Shown here piece after piece: positions 23,567 to 32,000 of a stretch of DNA of 32,000 bases (positions are counted from its first letter, which is position 1; each line of letters opens with the position of its first letter). The notes beneath the pieces were generated by a model that saw only the letters and a program-made list of their open reading frames with translations, had not been told where the DNA came from and did no database searches. Source of the stretch: Candidatus Korarchaeum cryptofilum OPF8 (GTDB lineage: Archaea > Korarchaeota > Korarchaeia > Korarchaeales > Korarchaeaceae); contig NC_010482.1 of the NCBI RefSeq assembly GCF_000019605.1, positions 480,001-512,000 on the forward strand. The letters are read 5' to 3'. The translations under genes were made by a program, and so were the position numbers.

Positions 23567-24022
23567 TTGGAGAGGCTCGATGATATAGACCTAGCTATAC
23601 TGAGGATCCTACAGGAGGACTGCAAGAAGAATATAGCTGAGATATCCGAAGCCCTGAATATACCTAAGTCGACAGTTCATTACAGGATATCCAGGCTGGA
23701 GAAGATGGGCTTCATAGAGGGATGCTACGCTAAGCTCAATTCTGAGAAATTGGGGAAGAGTTTCATTGGAGTGACGTTAGTGAGGGCTAGATACAGCCCG
23801 GGTTATCACGAGACGGTCGGTGAGAAGATCTCAAAGATACCCGGAGTCATGGCGGTCTACTTCGTCTTCGGGGATACCGATTTCGTAGTGATATCTAGGG
23901 CCGCGAATAGGGATGAGCTCATGAGCATAGTGGAGCAGATGATGAAGATAGAGGAGATAGAGCGGACCTCAACGATGATAGTAGCGAAAGTTATAAAAGA
24001 GGATATGAAGATTCAGATATAA
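23567..24022 (+). CDS. Lrp/AsnC-family transcriptional regulator
   Basis: 151 aa. LDDIDLAILRILQEDCKKNIAEISEALNIPKSTVHYRISRLEKMGFI is the HTH, and a RAM/ACT-like C-terminal domain follows. The start is TTG, with TTTTAATATATAAT about 20-30 nt upstream. Confidence 0.85.
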   Translation: MERLDDIDLAILRILQEDCKKNIAEISEALNIPKSTVHYRISRLEKMGFIEGCYAKLNSEKLGKSFIGVTLVRARYSPGYHETVGEKISKIPGVMAVYFVFGDTDFVVISRAANRDELMSIVEQMMKIEEIERTSTMIVAKVIKEDMKIQI

Positions 24023-24025
24023 AAA

Positions 24026-24307
24026 TTACCTGAGGATTACTTCCACCTCAGGTATCTCCTTCCAGTCTTCATCCTTCCATTTCCCCTTTATCACGACCTT
24101 CTTCAGGTAGATGTCCATCACTATATCCAGCTCCTGGGATGAGTTCCCAGGGATCTTTCTGCTCACCTTCTGAATGGTCCCCTGAGGCCCGGTCACCTCT
24201 AACTCGACTAAGATCTCTCTATCACAGGAATTGCTTATCCTCAGGGGGATGTGCTCTTGATCCACTGTATCTAACCACGGGCTCCCGACTGAGAGCTCTA
24301 TGCACAC
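24026..24307 (-). CDS. Hypothetical 93-aa protein (predicted all-beta), last gene of the aminotransferase/ALDH operon
   Basis: The GTG start immediately follows the ALDH TGA (TGAGTG). The alternating beta-strand-like pattern (ILVELEVTG, VVIKGKW) matches no family I recognise. Confidence 0.4.
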   Translation of the reverse strand: MCIELSVGSPWLDTVDQEHIPLRISNSCDREILVELEVTGPQGTIQKVSRKIPGNSSQELDIVMDIYLKKVVIKGKWKDEDWKEIPEVEVILR

Positions 24308-25780
24308 TCAGAACCACCTCACTATCCCTACCTTCCTATCGGTGAAGAAGTCCACAGCATCCATCTGCGGGTGGTGGCTCCCCACACCTGCTAACCTCTT
24401 GCCCCCGAACGGGAACCAGCCGACTGGTGCTGCTATCCCTATGTTTATCCCCACGTTACCCACGTAAACGTTGTGCAGGAACTCCCTAGCATACTTCCCG
24501 CTCCTAGTGAATATGGAGGCGGAATGATGGTACTTATTCTTATTTATCCATTCTATAGCCTGATCCAGGCTGTCAGCTCTCAATAAGTTGGCCACTGGCC
24601 CGAATATCTCCTCCCTAGCTACCTTCATATCTGGAGTCACGCCCTCTAGCACCGTTGGACCGAGGTAGAAGCCATCAGGATATTCCTCAACTCTCACTCC
24701 CCTCCCATCCAAAGCAAGCTTAGCTCCTTCCTTCAATCCCTCCTCTATCATCTTAATCACATTATCCCTGTACTTCCTGCTGGCCATCGGGCCCATCTCG
24801 CTCCTCTCATCGAGCCCATATCCTATCCTTATCTCCTTAGCTAGGTTCAGGAATTGCTCCTTGAACTTATCGTATATATCTCCCACCAACACTATGTTCT
24901 GAATGGCTAGGCACCTCTGCCCAGTATTTCCGAACTTGGAGTCCCTCAGATTATGGACAGTCCTCTCGAGATCGGCATCCGGCATCACTACAGCGTAGTT
25001 AGCTGCGCTCCCCCCTCCCAGGAACCTCTTCCCCTTGGAGGCTGAGAGCTCGTAGAGGCGGAGGGCAGCGTTACTCGTCCCCACGAATGCGGTGCCCTCG
25101 ACCAGGGGATGAGTCACTAAGTGCTCCCCCACCTTATGGTCGCTATATATCACGTTGAGGACTCCCGGCGGTAGCTCGCTGGCCAGGGCCTCCATGACGA
25201 GCACCATAGGTACGGGAGTGGTGCTGCTGACCTTCACCACCAGAGTATCCCCTAGGGCCAGGGCGTAAGGTATGAACCAGAATGGTATCATCACCGGGAA
25301 GTTGTAAGGGCTGACTACAGCGAAGACACCCAGGGGCTCCCTTATGAGCACTTCATCCACTCCCTTGGCGATCTCCTGCTGATACTCGCCCTTCGCTAAA
25401 GTGTAAGCGACTGATATAGCTGCCTCAACGTTCTCTATGGATCTCCTCAAATCACCTCTAGATTCCCTTATGACTTTACCGTGGTTCTGAGTGTTAGCCC
25501 TAGCTATTATCTCCTTCCTCTCCTCCATCGCGTACTTCATCTTGAATATGTACTGCAGCCTGTCCGGGACCGGGAGCTTGCTCCAGGATTTGAAGGCCTC
25601 GTAAGCAGCTTCGACAGCTTCATCTACCTCAGCCTCAGTCGCCATAGGTACTTTAGCTATCACCTTGCCCAATCCGGGATCGTAGACCTCCGCATACTCT
25701 CTGCTCGATGACTCGACCCACTTCCCGTTTATGAAGAGCTTCAAAACTCCGTAATCAGATCTGGGCGGCTCCAATATCAT
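24308..25780 (-). CDS. Aldehyde dehydrogenase, methylmalonate/malonate-semialdehyde dehydrogenase-like
   Basis: 490 aa. LKLFINGKWVES…VYDPGLGKVIAKVPMATEAEVDEAV is an MmsA-like N-terminus. The catalytic region is NTGQRCLA, and there is an EEIFGPV motif. Its start overlaps the aminotransferase stop (ATGA). Confidence 0.85.
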   Translation of the reverse strand: MILEPPRSDYGVLKLFINGKWVESSSREYAEVYDPGLGKVIAKVPMATEAEVDEAVEAAYEAFKSWSKLPVPDRLQYIFKMKYAMEERKEIIARANTQNHGKVIRESRGDLRRSIENVEAAISVAYTLAKGEYQQEIAKGVDEVLIREPLGVFAVVSPYNFPVMIPFWFIPYALALGDTLVVKVSSTTPVPMVLVMEALASELPPGVLNVIYSDHKVGEHLVTHPLVEGTAFVGTSNAALRLYELSASKGKRFLGGGSAANYAVVMPDADLERTVHNLRDSKFGNTGQRCLAIQNIVLVGDIYDKFKEQFLNLAKEIRIGYGLDERSEMGPMASRKYRDNVIKMIEEGLKEGAKLALDGRGVRVEEYPDGFYLGPTVLEGVTPDMKVAREEIFGPVANLLRADSLDQAIEWINKNKYHHSASIFTRSGKYAREFLHNVYVGNVGINIGIAAPVGWFPFGGKRLAGVGSHHPQMDAVDFFTDRKVGIVRWF

Positions 25781-27075
25781 GATACCACCTCCCTTATCGA
25801 TTCCTCCAATATATCGAGGCCCCTCATCAAGTTATCCTCCTCTATCGTCAGGGGAGGATGGAGCCTTATCACGTTCAAATAGACCCCCGCTCGCAGGAGG
25901 AGCAAGCCCTTCTCCCTTGCCTTATTTATCACTCTCATCGTCTCATCAGCCGCTGGCTCCTTACTCCTCCTGTCCCTGACTAACTCGATAGCTTGCATGG
26001 CCCCCAGCCCTCTGACGTCTCCTATCAACTCGTACTTCTCAAACATCTCCTCTAGCCTCTTCCTCATGATATCCCCAAGCTTCGCGGCTCTCTCCGGTAT
26101 CCTATCCCTCTGCATTATCTCCACCACTTTTATAGCGACTGAGCAGGCCACTGGATTGCCGCCATAAGTACCTCCGAAGCTCCCGGGGCTCGTATTCTCC
26201 ATTATCTCCCTCTTCCCTATAACAGCGGATAGGGGGAGGCCGTTGGCTATCGCTTTAGCTGTAGCGATTATATCAGGCTCTATTCCGAAGTGCTCGACTG
26301 CCCACATCTTCCCGGTCCTTCCCCATCCAGCTTGGACTTCATCATCTATCAGCAGGATTGAGTTCGCCTCCAGGAAGGATTTGAGCTCCTTAACGTAATC
26401 CCTCGGAGCCACTACGAAGCCACCCTCTCCCTGAACCATCTCGATAATGAAAGCAGCTACCCTCTCCGGAGGGACTCTGGTGTGCGAGAACCAGTTCTTC
26501 ACGTAATCCAAGCAGGCTAGCCCGCAGGAAGGATACTCCTGCTTGAAGGGGCATCTATAACAGTAAGGATAGGGGATGAGCTCCACTCCTGGGATCAGTG
26601 GATCGAATCCCGTCTTGTAAGGCTTATACTTTCCCGTAGATGCTAGGGCGTAACCGTAAGTGCCCCTGCCGTGGAAGGAGTTCTCATAGGCCACTACATA
26701 AGGCCTCCCAGTCACTTGCTTCGCCACCTTTATCGCGTTCTCTATGGCCTCCGATCCGCTGTTCTGAAGCAATACCATCTTCTCAGAGCTCCCGGGAGCT
26801 ATCTTAGCCAGCCTTTCAGCTAACTCGACGTAAGGCTTGTAATTGACGACCATGAAGCACATGTGCCATAACTTTTTGAGCTGCTCCTCAGCCGCCTTTA
26901 TCAGCTCTGGATTGGCATGCCCCAAGTTAGCTACTCCTATTCCGCTCGTGAAATCTATGTATTCCTTCCCGTTGACATCGTATAGCTTCGCATTCGCTCC
27001 CCTCTCTATAGTCACGGGATGGTAGAGGGCAACCCCCTTCATAACGTACTTGCTCCTCGCCTCCAAGGGGTCCAT
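25777..27075 (-). CDS. Class-III PLP aminotransferase (4-aminobutyrate / beta-alanine:2-oxoglutarate type)
   Basis: It has YIDFTSGIGVANLGH, DEVQAGWGRTGKMWA and TAKAIANGLP (PLP lysine region). I prefer the ATG at 27075 (MDPLEARSKY), which has TTATATTTATAT about 30-40 nt upstream. The track's extension to 27240 runs through that promoter. Confidence 0.85.
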   Translation of the reverse strand: MDPLEARSKYVMKGVALYHPVTIERGANAKLYDVNGKEYIDFTSGIGVANLGHANPELIKAAEEQLKKLWHMCFMVVNYKPYVELAERLAKIAPGSSEKMVLLQNSGSEAIENAIKVAKQVTGRPYVVAYENSFHGRGTYGYALASTGKYKPYKTGFDPLIPGVELIPYPYCYRCPFKQEYPSCGLACLDYVKNWFSHTRVPPERVAAFIIEMVQGEGGFVVAPRDYVKELKSFLEANSILLIDDEVQAGWGRTGKMWAVEHFGIEPDIIATAKAIANGLPLSAVIGKREIMENTSPGSFGGTYGGNPVACSVAIKVVEIMQRDRIPERAAKLGDIMRKRLEEMFEKYELIGDVRGLGAMQAIELVRDRRSKEPAADETMRVINKAREKGLLLLRAGVYLNVIRLHPPLTIEEDNLMRGLDILEESIREVVS

Positions 27076-27354
27076 AGAATCACCTAGCTTATTGATGGAG
27101 TTCCCATATAAATATAATTTTTTCGGATGAATGACAATATTAATGGAGGAAGATGGAAAGAAGTTTGGATATGAGCGGGGAGGCAATTTAACTGGAGCTA
27201 ATCGATGCGAGGAGCCAGAGCTTAGGAGATGGATTCCCATCTAGTTGCATGTCATAGAGCTGGCGAGATAGATGTAAGGATTTGAAGGCGATCTTATTGA
27301 TGGAACCTTCCTGAAGGTAGGAAGATTTAAGTCCTCGAGGTGCGTAGGAGGAAT

Positions 27355-28128
27355 ATGTGCAGGATCTTACTACTGATCGGTTCAGATAGCAGTGAAGCCA
27401 ATTCCTTACTCGATGCCCTGGCTAAAGCGAGTGAATGCGATCCTTTGCTCTCTAAATTGAGGGGAGAGGAGTGCCCTAAGCATGATGATGGCTGGGGATA
27501 TGCCCTCATAGGTTCCAAGGATGGGAGGAAGCTCTCGAGATATTACAGGTCCACCTCCCCTATATTCGAGGATGGGGAGCTTGAGGTATTGAAGGGGAGT
27601 TTAAATAACTTGGATTCCTTCTACCTGATAGCTCACTCGAGGAAGATGTCGAAGGGGGAGGTGAGTATCTTCAATACGCACCCATTCCACTACTCCCATA
27701 AGGGCTTCGACCTCTGGTTCGCTCATAATGGTGCTGTGGACGATGTGGAGCTAGCGGCTGAGATGGGGCTCAGCTATTCCGAGGATATATCAGATAGCTA
27801 CTACCTCGGGAGTTACATTTACGAGAGGGTAGATGATATCGCAAGCGCATTCAGTCGAGCTAAGAGGTTCGTGAAAGAGGGGAGTGCTATGAACACAATC
27901 CTGCTAGCAGATAAGCCTTTAATCTCGGTAGCTACAGCTTACTATTTAGCTGAAGGGTCTAAGATCGATTACTACAGGCTCTTCATGTCGGATGGCGAGA
28001 ATAAAGCAGTTTTCTCCTCATCGATAGGGGAATACATAGATCTGAGATATGAGGAGCTGAGGAACGGTTTCGGGATAATATTCTCCATGAAAAACGGTGA
28101 GATCGACTCAAAAATATTCGAGATTTAG
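27355..28128 (+). CDS. Class-II (Ntn-type) glutamine amidotransferase-like protein (YafJ/EgtC-like)
   Basis: The start MCRILLLIGS puts the nucleophile Cys directly after Met. It also has DDGWGYA, HSRKMSKG…NTHPF and FAHNG. The track's GTG at 27340 would bury Cys2. Confidence 0.7.
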   Translation: MCRILLLIGSDSSEANSLLDALAKASECDPLLSKLRGEECPKHDDGWGYALIGSKDGRKLSRYYRSTSPIFEDGELEVLKGSLNNLDSFYLIAHSRKMSKGEVSIFNTHPFHYSHKGFDLWFAHNGAVDDVELAAEMGLSYSEDISDSYYLGSYIYERVDDIASAFSRAKRFVKEGSAMNTILLADKPLISVATAYYLAEGSKIDYYRLFMSDGENKAVFSSSIGEYIDLRYEELRNGFGIIFSMKNGEIDSKIFEI

Positions 28129-29051
28129 AGGCCCTTAATCCTGCGTATTAGATCCCTGATTTCATCAGCTCTCTTCCTCTTCCCCTCCAACAATTTTTCC
28201 ATCTTCCTTATCTCAGCCTCAACTTCCCCTCTCTTGACTTCCTTCACCTCCACTCTCGCCCTCAGCTTCCTCAACTCCCCGTTTATATCTTCTATCTCCC
28301 TCTCCAGCTTAGCTAGATCGTCCTGAAGTCCTGGGAGCATGCTCTCTAGCTCGGATTGGATCCTCCTGATGTTAGAGGAGTACTCCTCCTTAAGCTCCCC
28401 ATATTCCTTCTCCCCTATCTTCCCCTTCCTGCCCTCGAGCTCCTTGAGTAGCTTATGATATCTATCCCTCTCGTCCAACAGGTCGCTTATCCTGTATATC
28501 TTCCCCCTCCTCACCCTCCTCAATGATAGCTTCAATATCACGTAGATTATCCCTATCGCTATTAGGAGAGTGATGAGGAGGAAAGCTATGGAGAGCCAGC
28601 TGTAGAGCAAGTTCACCCTCATCTTAGTCGAAGCGTTGCCTCCAGTAGTCTCAACAACAACTTCTACATCGAAGCTACCTGCGAATGGTATTAGGGGTAT
28701 CTCTATAGTCCTCTCAATCACCTTCTGCTTCCCAGCCTTAACTAGCTCTGGTTTATCGAAGGGAAAAGCGTATTCGCCTAGGTATACCGCTACAGGTACC
28801 CCGAAGAGCTCTCTAGATGTTATCCTGAGCCTTATCCCGTTCACCTCTATATCGCTGCTCCCGCGATTGAAGACAGTCAGAGAGAACTTCTCCCTGTCCC
28901 CGGGCTTCGTTGATACTGAATTCGGGGATATAGTGGCCTCTATACCCTGGCTAAGTACCTGAAGCTGATACATGAAGAGAATAGCTATGATGAGTAGAGG
29001 AAATATCCTCCTCATGAGCCCTATCATCAGGTTCAACTTATAAATATTCAT
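28125..29051 (-). CDS. Single-pass membrane protein: signal/anchor, extracellular beta-sandwich-like domain, TM, cytoplasmic coiled coil
   Basis: The N-terminus MRRIFPLLIIAILFMYQ is signal-like. A beta-rich region follows (KFSLTVFNRGSSDIEVNGIRLRI…SFDVEVVVETTGG), then a TM (WLSIAFLLITLLIAIGIIYVIL), then about 130 aa of charged heptads that include GKIGEKEYGELKEEY (SHOCT-like). The start is uncertain (29066 TTG, 29051, 29027 or 29015). Confidence 0.55.
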   Translation of the reverse strand: MNIYKLNLMIGLMRRIFPLLIIAILFMYQLQVLSQGIEATISPNSVSTKPGDREKFSLTVFNRGSSDIEVNGIRLRITSRELFGVPVAVYLGEYAFPFDKPELVKAGKQKVIERTIEIPLIPFAGSFDVEVVVETTGGNASTKMRVNLLYSWLSIAFLLITLLIAIGIIYVILKLSLRRVRRGKIYRISDLLDERDRYHKLLKELEGRKGKIGEKEYGELKEEYSSNIRRIQSELESMLPGLQDDLAKLEREIEDINGELRKLRARVEVKEVKRGEVEAEIRKMEKLLEGKRKRADEIRDLIRRIKGL

Positions 29052-29320
29052 ACGACGAGTTAGCAAACGATTCGCTTGAGAGGGATCTAATGATTGACAA
29101 TACTCGAGTTAAATGCCTCTACTCCTCATTCATGCATTTTTCAGGAAAATTTGAGGGGTTTCATGACCTAAAACCGGTCGGGGACCCATTCTTATGGATC
29201 GGCTCATTGAATTAAAAATTTTCCTAAAATATCGCTTGAATGCTGGATAGCATTAGATTTATTCGGCCGAAACCCCTAGCAGGTACGAAATATTTTTATT
29301 TTTCCCTGACCCTTCATCTT

Positions 29321-30259
29321 ATGCCTAGGAGTAGCCTCTTCGGTAAGGACCTCCTGACTTGCCAGGATCTGAGTAGGGATGAGATCTGGCTCATATTCGA
29401 GACTACTAAGGAGATGAAGCACGCTTACTACAGGGGGGAGAGGCCCAGGCTCCTGGAGGGGAAGAACCTCGGTATGATATTCGAGGAACCCTCCACTAGG
29501 ACCAGGGTCTCCTTCGAGGTAGCCATGAGCCAGTTAGGGGGTCATGCCCTCTACCTGAGGCCAGGGGAGCTCCACTTAGGGGTCAGGGAGACGATAGCTG
29601 ATACAGCTAGAGTGCTGAGCAGGTACTTGGACGGTATAATGGCTAGATTGCTCAAGCACGAGACTCTGGAGGAGTTGGCGAAGCACGCTACGATACCGGT
29701 GATAAACGGCCTGACTGACTGGTTCCACCCGGTTCAAGCTCTGACCGATGTATACACCATGCTCGAGAAGTTCGGGGACCTTAAGAAGATAAAAGTAGCG
29801 TTCTTCGGCGATGCAACGAATGTAGCAAACTCCCTCTTAGTCCTAACATCCAGGCTAGGGATGAACTTCACTTTCTGCGGGCCGAAGAAGTACTGGCCGA
29901 AGGAGAGGGTGATGAAGATGGTCGAGGAGAACGTGGCAGAGACTGGTGCGAATATAGAGATAACTGAGGACATAGATAAAGCAATAAAGGATGCTAACGT
30001 CGTCTACACAGATCTATGGTGGTGGGTCGGGCAGGAGCATGAGGCTGAGGAGAGGAAAGCAGCTTTCCAGCCATATCAAGTGAACTCTAACTTGATGAAG
30101 AGGGCAGCTAAGAACGCAGTCTTCATGCACTGCCTCCCCGCTGCTAGGGGGATGGAGGTGACCGATGACGTAATAGATGGGCCGTGGAGCATAGTCTGGG
30201 ATCAGGCTGAGAACAGGCTCCACGTGGAGAAGGCTATATTGGTTCTACTCATGGGGTGA
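29321..30259 (+). CDS. argF: Ornithine-carbamoyltransferase-family enzyme with a non-canonical substrate loop
   Basis: It has STRTR, HPVQALTD and HCLPAARG, and the C-terminus VWDQAENRLHVEKAILVLLMG is very OTC-like. Where OTCs have DxWxSMG, this protein has DLWWWVG (30011-30031). I prefer the ATG at 29321, with AAATATTTTTATTTTT about 25 nt upstream. Confidence 0.8.
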   Translation: MPRSSLFGKDLLTCQDLSRDEIWLIFETTKEMKHAYYRGERPRLLEGKNLGMIFEEPSTRTRVSFEVAMSQLGGHALYLRPGELHLGVRETIADTARVLSRYLDGIMARLLKHETLEELAKHATIPVINGLTDWFHPVQALTDVYTMLEKFGDLKKIKVAFFGDATNVANSLLVLTSRLGMNFTFCGPKKYWPKERVMKMVEENVAETGANIEITEDIDKAIKDANVVYTDLWWWVGQEHEAEERKAAFQPYQVNSNLMKRAAKNAVFMHCLPAARGMEVTDDVIDGPWSIVWDQAENRLHVEKAILVLLMG

Positions 30260-30263
30260 TGAT

Positions 30264-31667
30264 GTGTCAGTCTCATTCAAGAAGGTCCTTAAGTACTGGG
30301 ACCTCTTTTTATTCAACGTTTGCGCCATAGTCGTGCTCGATACAGTGGCTTCATCAGCCGCTATAGGTATGCAGACATTCTTCTGGTGGTTCGTGACCCT
30401 CTTCCTCTTCTTCATCCCCTACGGATTGATAACAGCTGAACTGGGCTCAGCGTGGCCCAGTGAAGGCGGCATATACGTTTGGGTCAAGGAGGCCTTCGGG
30501 GAGAAGTGGGCCGTCATGGCCTCCTGGCTCTACTGGGTAAACGTAGCCATATGGATGCCCTCAGTATACGTGCTCTTCAGCGGGACTCTCGCTAAGGTAT
30601 TCGCACCTGACCTCAATATATGGGCTCAGACGCTGATAGCGATAGTGATGACATGGGTAACCGTAGCTGCAGGTATATTAGAGCTTGGGAAGTCGAAATG
30701 GATCCCTAACTTAGGCGCTATAGTGAAGGCCATAGTACTCTTAGGGGTAGGCGCGATAGGAGTTTACTGGACTTTTACCAGGGGCTTCGCGAACCCCTTC
30801 GCACCTCAGGACTTGCTCCCCTCTTGGAGCGTAGCCCTAGCCTATCTTCCGGTGGTAGTTTACAACTACATGGGATTCGAGCTCGCTAGCTCAGCTGGGG
30901 AGGAGATGGTTAACCCCCAGAGGGACGTCCCTAGGGCTATAATATTCGCTGGGGCAGCTATATTCCTCCTCTACGTGATAGGGACCTTCGGCCTCCTGGC
31001 GATACTCCCCCTGGATAAGCTGAGCATAGTCACGGGCATAATAGATTCTGTTATAGAGTTCTCCAAAATATTGGGACCAGCTGGAAGCGCTTTAACTTTG
31101 GCATTCGGCATAATGATACTGTACACATTCCTAGCCAATATGGTCACTTGGACGCTGGGCGCTAATAGAGTGCTAGCATCCACAGCGAGCGAGGGCCTCC
31201 TCCCCAGATCCCTCGGCCATTTGCACAGCAAGTACCTCTCGCCCGACTACGCTTACTACTTGACTGGTATCATAAGCACGCTCCTCCTCATAGGGAATGC
31301 AATACCGGCTGAGACAGTAGCTAGTATATTCTGGACGCTCTTCGCACTCTCCAGCTTGATATTCCTCCTCCCATATCTGCTCCTCTTCCCATCCTTCCTG
31401 AAATTGAGGTACAAGAGGCCCGAGGTAGCTAGGCCTTACAAACTACCGGGAGGCATGCCTCTAGCATGGATATCAGCGATATTGGGTGAGATATTCATAG
31501 CTATGGCATGCGTATTCTTCTTTATGCCCCCCGAGGAGATAAAAGATGTCTTCCTCTACGAGGCTGAGCTCATAGGGGGGACCGCCGCAGTGCTCATAAT
31601 TGGCTACTTGCTCTACATCTGGAGCGGGCGAGAGCGTGAGGGCATCCCAACCAGCCGAGTGGGATAA
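30264..31667 (+). CDS. APC-superfamily amino-acid/polyamine permease (candidate arginine:ornithine-type antiporter)
   Basis: 467 aa with about 12 TM helices. ITAELGSAWPSEGGIYVWV is the APC signature region. The GTG start is 4 nt after the carbamoyltransferase stop. Confidence 0.8.
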   Translation: MSVSFKKVLKYWDLFLFNVCAIVVLDTVASSAAIGMQTFFWWFVTLFLFFIPYGLITAELGSAWPSEGGIYVWVKEAFGEKWAVMASWLYWVNVAIWMPSVYVLFSGTLAKVFAPDLNIWAQTLIAIVMTWVTVAAGILELGKSKWIPNLGAIVKAIVLLGVGAIGVYWTFTRGFANPFAPQDLLPSWSVALAYLPVVVYNYMGFELASSAGEEMVNPQRDVPRAIIFAGAAIFLLYVIGTFGLLAILPLDKLSIVTGIIDSVIEFSKILGPAGSALTLAFGIMILYTFLANMVTWTLGANRVLASTASEGLLPRSLGHLHSKYLSPDYAYYLTGIISTLLLIGNAIPAETVASIFWTLFALSSLIFLLPYLLLFPSFLKLRYKRPEVARPYKLPGGMPLAWISAILGEIFIAMACVFFFMPPEEIKDVFLYEAELIGGTAAVLIIGYLLYIWSGREREGIPTSRVG

Positions 31668-32000
31668 GGCCAGAGTGGTCCTCCTCTGCCAGCCGAGTAC
31701 GGAGACACTATTCGCGATACTGGAGACTAACTCCGCTAACTTCCTCTATCCATTCGATCTCAAGAAAGCTATCGAGGAACACAGGAATTATAGGAGGAAA
31801 CTTGAGGAGTTCGGAGCTAAGGTCTATGATGTTAGGGAGATGCTCATCAATAAATGCGATGATCCAGGTAACCTCAGGAGATTGAGGGAATTTGCCCTTA
31901 ATAGTGTGAAGTATGCTTTCGAGGGGATATCGGATGAGGATAGGGAGCAACTGCTATCTAACCTCAGGAGGACGATAGATGTACTCAGCCCCGAGGTGCT
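31636..32000 (+). CDS. arcA: Arginine-deiminase-like (guanidino-group-modifying superfamily) enzyme, N-terminal part, runs off the window end
   Basis: Hand translation gives …EWDKARVVLLCQPSTETLFAILETNSANFLYPFDLKKAIEEHRNYRRKLEEFGAKVYDVREML. This parallels the ADI N-terminus pattern (EIGxLkkVLLHrPGxE…F…aqkEHdaFaqaLrd.GveV). The start is GTG at 31636 or TTG at 31600, overlapping the permease 3' end. The track's minus-strand ORF 31708-31950 is antisense to it. Confidence 0.6.
   Translation, partial: MRASQPAEWDKARVVLLCQPSTETLFAILETNSANFLYPFDLKKAIEEHRNYRRKLEEFGAKVYDVREMLINKCDDPGNLRRLREFALNSVKYAFEGISDEDREQLLSNLRRTIDVLSPEV

Noticed and set aside
27076-27240. 55-codon N-terminal extension of the aminotransferase in the ORF track
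   Set aside because: The extension runs through the TTATATTTATAT promoter element. Conserved aminotransferase sequence begins only after Met56 (MDPLEARSKYVMKG).
31708-31950. 80-aa minus-strand ORF near the window end
   Set aside because: The plus strand here encodes a sequence with clear arginine-deiminase-like N-terminal similarity. The minus-strand ORF has none.
1-32000. Scan for CRISPR arrays, rRNA, tRNA, transposase or integrase genes
   Set aside because: I saw no regularly spaced 24-40-nt repeats, no rRNA-like or cloverleaf-forming segments, and no DDE or tyrosine-recombinase motifs in any ORF. The AT-rich patches therefore have no identifiable mobility gene within the window.

Overview
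The window looks archaeal. A/T-rich TATA-like boxes sit about 20-30 nt upstream of many start codons, with little or no leader. Arg codons are mainly AGG/AGA and Ile is often ATA, and neighbouring genes often share ATGA or TAATG stop/start overlaps. The proteins are rich in K/E/R/I, which fits a thermophile (Thermoproteota or Korarchaeota-like). That placement is an impression, not a computed result.

The first ~9.3 kb is an accessory, defence-island-like segment. It holds:
- a HEPN/MNT pair
- a UPF0175 / PIN-like toxin-antitoxin array with a 117-bp perfect repeat and decayed sister copies
- two visibly AT-rich (apparently foreign) patches, one encoding a polytopic membrane protein and one encoding an AbrB + N6-adenine methyltransferase + restriction-endonuclease-like module
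- an EVE/PUA-like gene between the two patches
- a repeat-built coiled-coil protein

The remainder is denser and looks mostly native:
- larB divergent from a co-directional string of larC, larE, three ABC transporter genes, a UbiD-family gene and a UbiA-family gene, with no larA in the window
- an EamA transporter coupled to a metallophosphoesterase
- a MATE transporter broken by a frameshift
- a stand-alone HerA-like/NurA-like pair divergent from a CPBP protease
- an Lrp regulator convergent with (3' end to 3' end) an aminotransferase / aldehyde dehydrogenase operon
- an arginine-deiminase-type cluster whose carbamoyltransferase has an altered substrate loop

I saw no rRNA, tRNA or CRISPR array. 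All family assignments come from motif recognition by eye. No searches were run.
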